Assembly: GCA_905178155.1 (NCBI GenBank)
Contig: CAJINV010000012.1
Location: 115,389 to 179,388 of the forward strand
DNA: 64,000 nucleotides
From: Amoebophrya sp. A120
Lineage: Eukaryota; Protista; Dinoflagellata
Direction: 5' to 3'
In this document: positions 60,201-64,000 of the stretch, piece after piece
Numbering within the stretch: the first letter of the stretch is position 1
Layout of the letters: each line of letters opens with the position of its first letter
Notes under the pieces: generated by a model
What the model saw: the letters and a program-made list of their open reading frames with translations, nothing else
Told to the model about the DNA's origin: nothing
Databases searched by the model: none
Made by a program: the position numbers and the translations under genes

Positions 60201-63200
60201 TCGCAGTTATTGTAAAAATGATCGCCACTACTTTTACGGCCGAAGAAGTACTTGGTGTAGTTATTTTTATAACTAGTACCTCCTCCACTACCATCCTCAG
60301 TAGCTGTTCTCCGCCTGCCCAAACCAGCACCGGCCAAATATGGGACTCTCAAACGTTACATTCTCAACTGTTACATGATTTGTCATGCAAAACTCCCATC
60401 ATTATCCACACCATCAAGCTGCTTCGCATTACAAGTTCTCGACGCGCTAGATAGCACTAGAATCTGCGCCACACCTGTAATGCAAAAGGCGTAACGTTCC
60501 CCCTTTCACTTTTGCCATTCTTGCATTACAAATTCATGTAACGGCTGAGAATGTAACATTTGAGAACCCCATACCAAAGCGCTGCTTCTGGCCCTTCTTG
60601 TGGTGTCGATAGAGAGATTGCAAAACTTTTTGCTCGGCACAGGCCCGTAGTGCGGGTCCGTGGGAAAGAAGCGGTCCACGGGTTTTGATAGTACTTCAGA
60701 TGGATGTTCTTCCACATTCGACGCTTCTTGTCCGACCTCCTCGCTCTTGCTGCTCTTATCTGTCGCGGTGTCAGGTGGACCACACCCTTGCTCGCCTCTG
60801 ATGTTGGAGGTGGCTTTGTCGTTTGTCGTGTTGGCTGCAAGTTGAGCGTGCTGCAGCTCCTGCACGCCGGCGCTAAGACCATAATTTTCACGACCGGCGT
60901 CATAACTTGTTGTAGTAGCTGCTGGCCCCCCGTTTGTTCTTGTTGTTCTAACGTTATCATAAACGAATTGCTCAGCCTCTGAGCAGGATGAGGAATTGTT
61001 GGGGTTCCCAAAAGTTATGCAGCTTTGCGGAGATGCAGCACACGACGACGAAGAAGACATCGCTGCAGCTTCGGACATCAAAGTTGTTCCTTGATGCACT
61101 ACCGCGGGGAAGGTAGCACTACGACTAATAGATGATGACACAGCACCAACAGCAAAAAATGAGTTGTGTCGCGACAATTTATTCTTTTCCTCGTCCCTGT
61201 ACTCTTCGGAGGTGAAATTAGACACGGCAGTTGGCCGCGGCCCAATGAGCGACGACGCCCGGGAGGCGGCGTAATCCCTTGACGGGCTGGTGTGGCGGTC
61301 GCCTGCGGAAGAGCAAAACGACCTGTTGTTGTTGTAGTACCCACTGTGTCTGTCGTGGTGGTGGTCTTCATCATCTTCCGACATGTATGGATTTTTGCAA
61401 AAGTATCTTCGCACTGCAGCAGGAAGAACCGCATTGCAAATTAGCTCCCCATGACAAATGGAATTTGTCATGCTGATTTACCTTGGAAGCGAGATTTGTA
61501 ATGCATGACTGCGAAGATTCTACTTGCTACGAGTGCGATACTTTTGCACACCAGGATAACGTGCCAACGCTGTTGCGATCGGCGTCCGAAACGGAAGGGG
61601 CTGGAGAGGAGTGATGACGATGACGATAGTGATCATAAAACTCTTCTTCCCGTCGATTGCGATCATGATCTTCGACCACGCGGCCTCCACGACGATTCCG
61701 ATTCGGCAACAGGACCTTCATGCGTCGGCTATCAAAAGGAAAAATCCCCCCTCCCCATATCGAGACGAAGTTTCTGATGCTGTATCTCCGTACACACAGG
61801 AGCGCTGTCTTGCGATACGGCATGGCAGCCAGATCCTCAGCCTAGGGAGGGGCGTTTGGGTCTAGTTGTTTAGCATTGCAAACGGCTGTCCGCTAGGCCC
61901 ACCAGCATGCCGAATCGCTTCCACAATGGCGCGGAAGCGTCTGCGCTTGTCCTCTTGCAAGACAGACGCGATTAGTGGTCTCAAATCAGCAAGACGAATT
62001 CTCGGAAACCTACCTTTTAGATATCGGGAAAGGGGATTTTTCCTCTCAATAGCGGTAGCTGCGTCGTTTGAAGCGGGGCAGCGTTCGCGGGGACTCGCGA
62101 GCTAAGGCGTCGGATATGGAAGTGTCAGGATCGAAATTGACAAAATCAAAAAATTTCTGATGCACAAAATCGCTGTCCGTTAGAGCCTCAGTTTTCAAGT
62201 GGCGCATGACAAATTTGGGGAGCACCAAGATCCAGTCTGTCATGCTGTTTGGGCAAAGAAGACTGCTTCTGTGTTGCTACTCGTCTGGCAGCACATTGTA
62301 TACCCTTAAACAGGCACACAATGGGCCTCATTTGCCTGCTCCCCAATACAGGCCTTCAGTGCCCTACATTTTACGCATCACAAATTTTTCGACTTTGTCG
62401 ATTTCGATCCTGACACTCCCATATCGGAGTCCGATTCGGTATCACCCTCGCGAAATTCAAACTGCGGGTCGGTGATGAGTCTTCGAGAGTGGGCAACATC
62501 TAGAGGCTGAGGCACTCGCAAACCACGAGTAGTTCTTGTTCTTTTCTCGCGAGCGCCCTTGCTGCCGTCACCCGCAAAAGAGCTGAAACTGGACGAAGAG
62601 GAACTTTTTCGAGGCCGAGCGCGTATGCATTTTTACAAACATCTACTTCGGGTCTGGAAACCAGAAGAACCGAGCTTGTCATGCTGTTGCTGCTGCTCAG
62701 TCGCGATTATCGAACAAAGAGCTGCGTTTTTACATGATGACCGCCAAATAGCGCTGCCCAGTTCTGATGCGGGATAGTACGCATGGGCATGGCAAAATGA
62801 ACAATAACTGGTGTATGTGTCATAAATATAAATGCTTCATTAGTTGTCCCTCCAGACACGGACAATGTGTCGTGTGGTCCAAAAGCTAAAGATGCATCAC
62901 AAAGAACATGCGCTCTACTTCCAGACTGACCCGGACACAACATTTCGCATTCGATAGGAACCCGGCAGTAGTTCTCTTTCGGAAAAGAAACTACATCCTC
63001 GAAAAGAAATTTATTGTCTTTATGGGAGTGTCAGGATTGAAATCGTCAAAGTTGAAATGATTTGCCGTGCATAAAATAGATGGCAGTTGGAACCCAGTTT
63101 CCAACTAGCGCATGACAAATTTTGGTGGTCCTCAAATCCAGTTTGTCATGTTGTTTAGGCAAAGAAGACTGATTTTCTCATGCTACTTTAGCAGCTCGAG

Positions 63201-63604
63201 CTCTAATCCCAAACCGGCTTACAATCGGCCTCACTTGCCTGCTCTGCAACACACGTGCCTCGCGTCATGCATTTTGTGCATTGCAAGTTATTTCAACTCT
63301 GTCGATTTCAATCCTTACACACCCATAGTCTTCCACGCGCTTGTACTGCTTCGTCACTGATCGGAAGTTGAGCTCGATAGAAGTAGAGGTGGTAGCTGAT
63401 GTCCTATTTGCAAAAGCGCTAGTTGTATCCGTACCTGACAAGAACGGACGAGCGGCTAGATCACGCAGCTCATTCCTGTCGTCATCAAGATGGTTCCTGT
63501 ACTGCTGAGCTCGTTCATCTTTTCCTCGAAGAACCAGGTCCGCAACGCGGGTGAGGGCGAATTTCAACATCTCCACTTCCACGCCGTTGCCGTGCAGCTT
63601 CTGC
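36292..63604 (-). CDS. Giant P5-type (ATP13A-like) cation-transporting ATPase, partial (5' part lies beyond the window); about 28 introners
   Basis: Motifs in the expected order: KLHGNGVEVEML (~63580), IRQFEFDQKLQLQSVIV, KGSFEAI, EGFYVLAVG, FLGLIYFRNELKPDS, LTGDNLFTAVHVA, VFARMTPSGK, MVGDGGNDCASLRASHAG, IREGR, then TM segments. DKTGT not seen in the window. Whether 36292-43380 belongs to the same gene is less certain. Confidence 0.75.
37977..38734. mobile_element. Introner family D with a nested insertion
   Basis: D-type TIRs; TSD ACCTA. Confidence 0.85.
38244..38682. mobile_element. GC-rich nested insertion (~91-bp direct repeats and a 13-bp CACCTGTCGAGGT array)
   Basis: Interrupts the D consensus just before the right TIR. 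Confidence 0.7.
39119..39245. mobile_element. Introner family J (short, palindromic ends)
   Basis: TIR TAACGTTAACGG / CCGTTAACGTTA; internal TTTGTCATGC; TSD degenerate; frame restored. Confidence 0.7.
40411..40715. mobile_element. Introner family D
   Basis: D-like TIRs; TSD ATATG. Confidence 0.85.
40759..41047. mobile_element. Introner family E
   Basis: E-type TIRs; TSD ATTCC. Confidence 0.9.
41888..42047. mobile_element. Introner family A
   Basis: A-type TIRs; TSD GCTAG/GCTAC. Confidence 0.9.
43383..43653. mobile_element. Introner family B
   Basis: B-type TIRs; TSD GACCG. Confidence 0.9.
44276..44348. repeat. Core of a very short IR-bounded intron
   Basis: 12-bp IR CATCCCCATCCA / TGGATGGGGATG enclosing two TGTCATGC motifs; boundaries unresolved. 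Confidence 0.55.
44436..44585. mobile_element. Introner family A
   Basis: A-type TIRs; TSD AAGCT/AAGGT. Confidence 0.9.
45207..45452. mobile_element. Introner family B
   Basis: B-type TIRs; TSD GCCAG/GCCCG; splits the GDGGNDCASLRA|SHAG motif. Confidence 0.9.
46038..46317. mobile_element. Introner family E
   Basis: E-type TIRs; TSD ACCTC. Confidence 0.9.
47292..47602. mobile_element. Introner family C
   Basis: C-type TIRs; TSD AAGAC. Confidence 0.9.
48452..48776. mobile_element. Introner family C
   Basis: C-type TIRs; TSD TTTCC. Confidence 0.9.
49772..49997. mobile_element. Introner family K
   Basis: TIR ACAGTGCACAACTCCCC / GGGGAGTTGTGCACTGT; TSD TCCTC. Confidence 0.85.
50388..50651. mobile_element. 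Introner family B
   Basis: B-type TIRs; TSD CCGCC/CCGAC. Confidence 0.9.
50687..50927. mobile_element. Introner, I-like
   Basis: TIR TATGACCTGCTCAAGC / GCTTGAGCAGGTCATA; TSD GCGAG. Confidence 0.9.
53416..55624. mobile_element. Introner family A hosting a 2-kb TIR element
   Basis: A-type ends; TSD CAGGG. Confidence 0.85.
53469..55521. mobile_element. Non-autonomous TIR DNA transposon (~2.05 kb), 3-bp TSD CAA
   Basis: ~40-bp TIR GATCTCGCCCAACAAAAGTCGGACCATTATTCAAGTAATG / CATTACTTGAATAATGGTCCGACTTTTGTTGGACAAGATC; no transposase ORF. Confidence 0.85.
55783..56104. mobile_element. Introner family C
   Basis: C-type TIRs; TSD TCTCC. Confidence 0.9.
56386..58721. mobile_element. TIR-less nested insertion (~2.3 kb), possible TTG duplication
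   Basis: Splits the A consensus at TTGTATTG|CAAT; contains tandem repeats and a short unassigned ORF (57513-57953, minus strand). Confidence 0.7.
56825..57195. repeat. ~106-bp tandem repeat with poly-G tracts, about 3.5 copies
   Basis: CATGTAAGTCTTCATCTCAA recurs at ~56896, 57001 and 57108. Confidence 0.85.
58850..59179. mobile_element. Introner family C
   Basis: C-type TIRs; TSD TCGTG/TCGCG. Confidence 0.9.
59294..59435. mobile_element. Introner family A
   Basis: A-type TIRs; TSD GTGTA. Confidence 0.9.
59549..59699. mobile_element. Introner family A
   Basis: A-type TIRs; TSD TCGAT. Confidence 0.9.
59775..60081. mobile_element. Introner family D
   Basis: D-type TIRs; TSD CAACG. Confidence 0.9.
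60339..60573. mobile_element. Introner family I
   Basis: TIR TATGGGACTCTCAAACGTTACATTCTCA / TGAGAATGTAACATTTGAGAACCCCATA; TSD CCAAA. Confidence 0.9.
61386..61558. mobile_element. Introner family A
   Basis: A-type TIRs; TSD ACATG/ACGTG. Confidence 0.85.
61730..62051. mobile_element. Introner family C
   Basis: C-type TIRs; degenerate TSD TCGGC/GCGGT. Confidence 0.8.
62115..62423. mobile_element. Introner family D
   Basis: D-type TIRs; TSD TCGGA. Confidence 0.9.
62624..62956. mobile_element. Diverged introner, family B
   Basis: GGGTCTGGAA and TTCCAGAC..CCCGGACA remnants; TSD lost. Confidence 0.6.
63021..63327. mobile_element. Introner family D
   Basis: D-type TIRs; TSD GTCTT. Confidence 0.9.
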
Positions 63605-64000
63605 TATTCTGTGCAAAAGTATCGCACTCGTACTAATTTTTGCATTTATGCATTACAAGTCTAATTCCTAAGGCAAATCCGCATTACAAATTCAATTTGT
63701 AATGCTGAGCCAATTTGTATTGCAATTTATAAAATAACACTATGTATAGAATTTTTACTCGGATTTTTCGCCCTTATAGATTATAGGGGCGCCCTTACAA
63801 AATGAATTCTAGAAAAAAGGGCATCTAGAAACTTCCCTTAAGGGAGCCCTTAAGGGAAGCTTCTAAGGGAACACGCGTAAGAAAAAAAAAGGCATCGCGG
63901 GGAACAAACATCCTGCCGGTGTGTCCTCCACGCGGGCGGTCCGGCCGGTTTTTAGCAGGTCTATTCTGGCTACCCCCAAAGACCGCCCCCGTTTGGGGGG
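63605..64000. mobile_element. Introner family A, interrupted at ~63731 by a nested insertion that runs off the window
   Basis: A consensus stops after GCAATTTATA; unrelated sequence with CCCTTAAGGG palindromes follows. Confidence 0.7.

Larger units (their letters stand above)
58779..60683 (-). repeat. Exonic tandem duplication (2 x ~350 bp coding) with different introner content in each copy
   Basis: Copies start TTGCTGAGTTCCTGTTCC at ~58779 and ~60092. Confidence 0.9.

Overview
Eukaryotic (alveolate) genomic DNA, most likely from a parasitic dinoflagellate such as Amoebophrya. This is inferred from the all-minus-strand gene cluster, the non-canonical repeat-bounded introns and a DinoSL-like 13-mer. 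Every recognisable gene is on the minus strand: six MORN-repeat paralogues, a large DUF268-domain protein, RRP45, an NAA60-like acetyltransferase, an N-terminally extended cysteine dioxygenase, and a hugely expanded P5-type ATPase running off the right edge. The dominant feature is about 55 introner-like elements of 127-330 bp in about 10 families, each with TAT...ATA terminal inverted repeats and a 5-bp target duplication (TSD). Removing an element plus one TSD copy restores the reading frame at the junctions I checked. From sequence alone I infer a fixed splice register (N|TAT...ATA-NNNN|) that mimics the local GTAT...TA-NCAG introns, and a GCAT[G/T/C]ACAAA motif shared across families. An exonic duplication shows filled versus empty sites, and five larger insertions all sit inside introners. 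No transposase is visible. Coordinates were counted by hand and may be off by a few bases.
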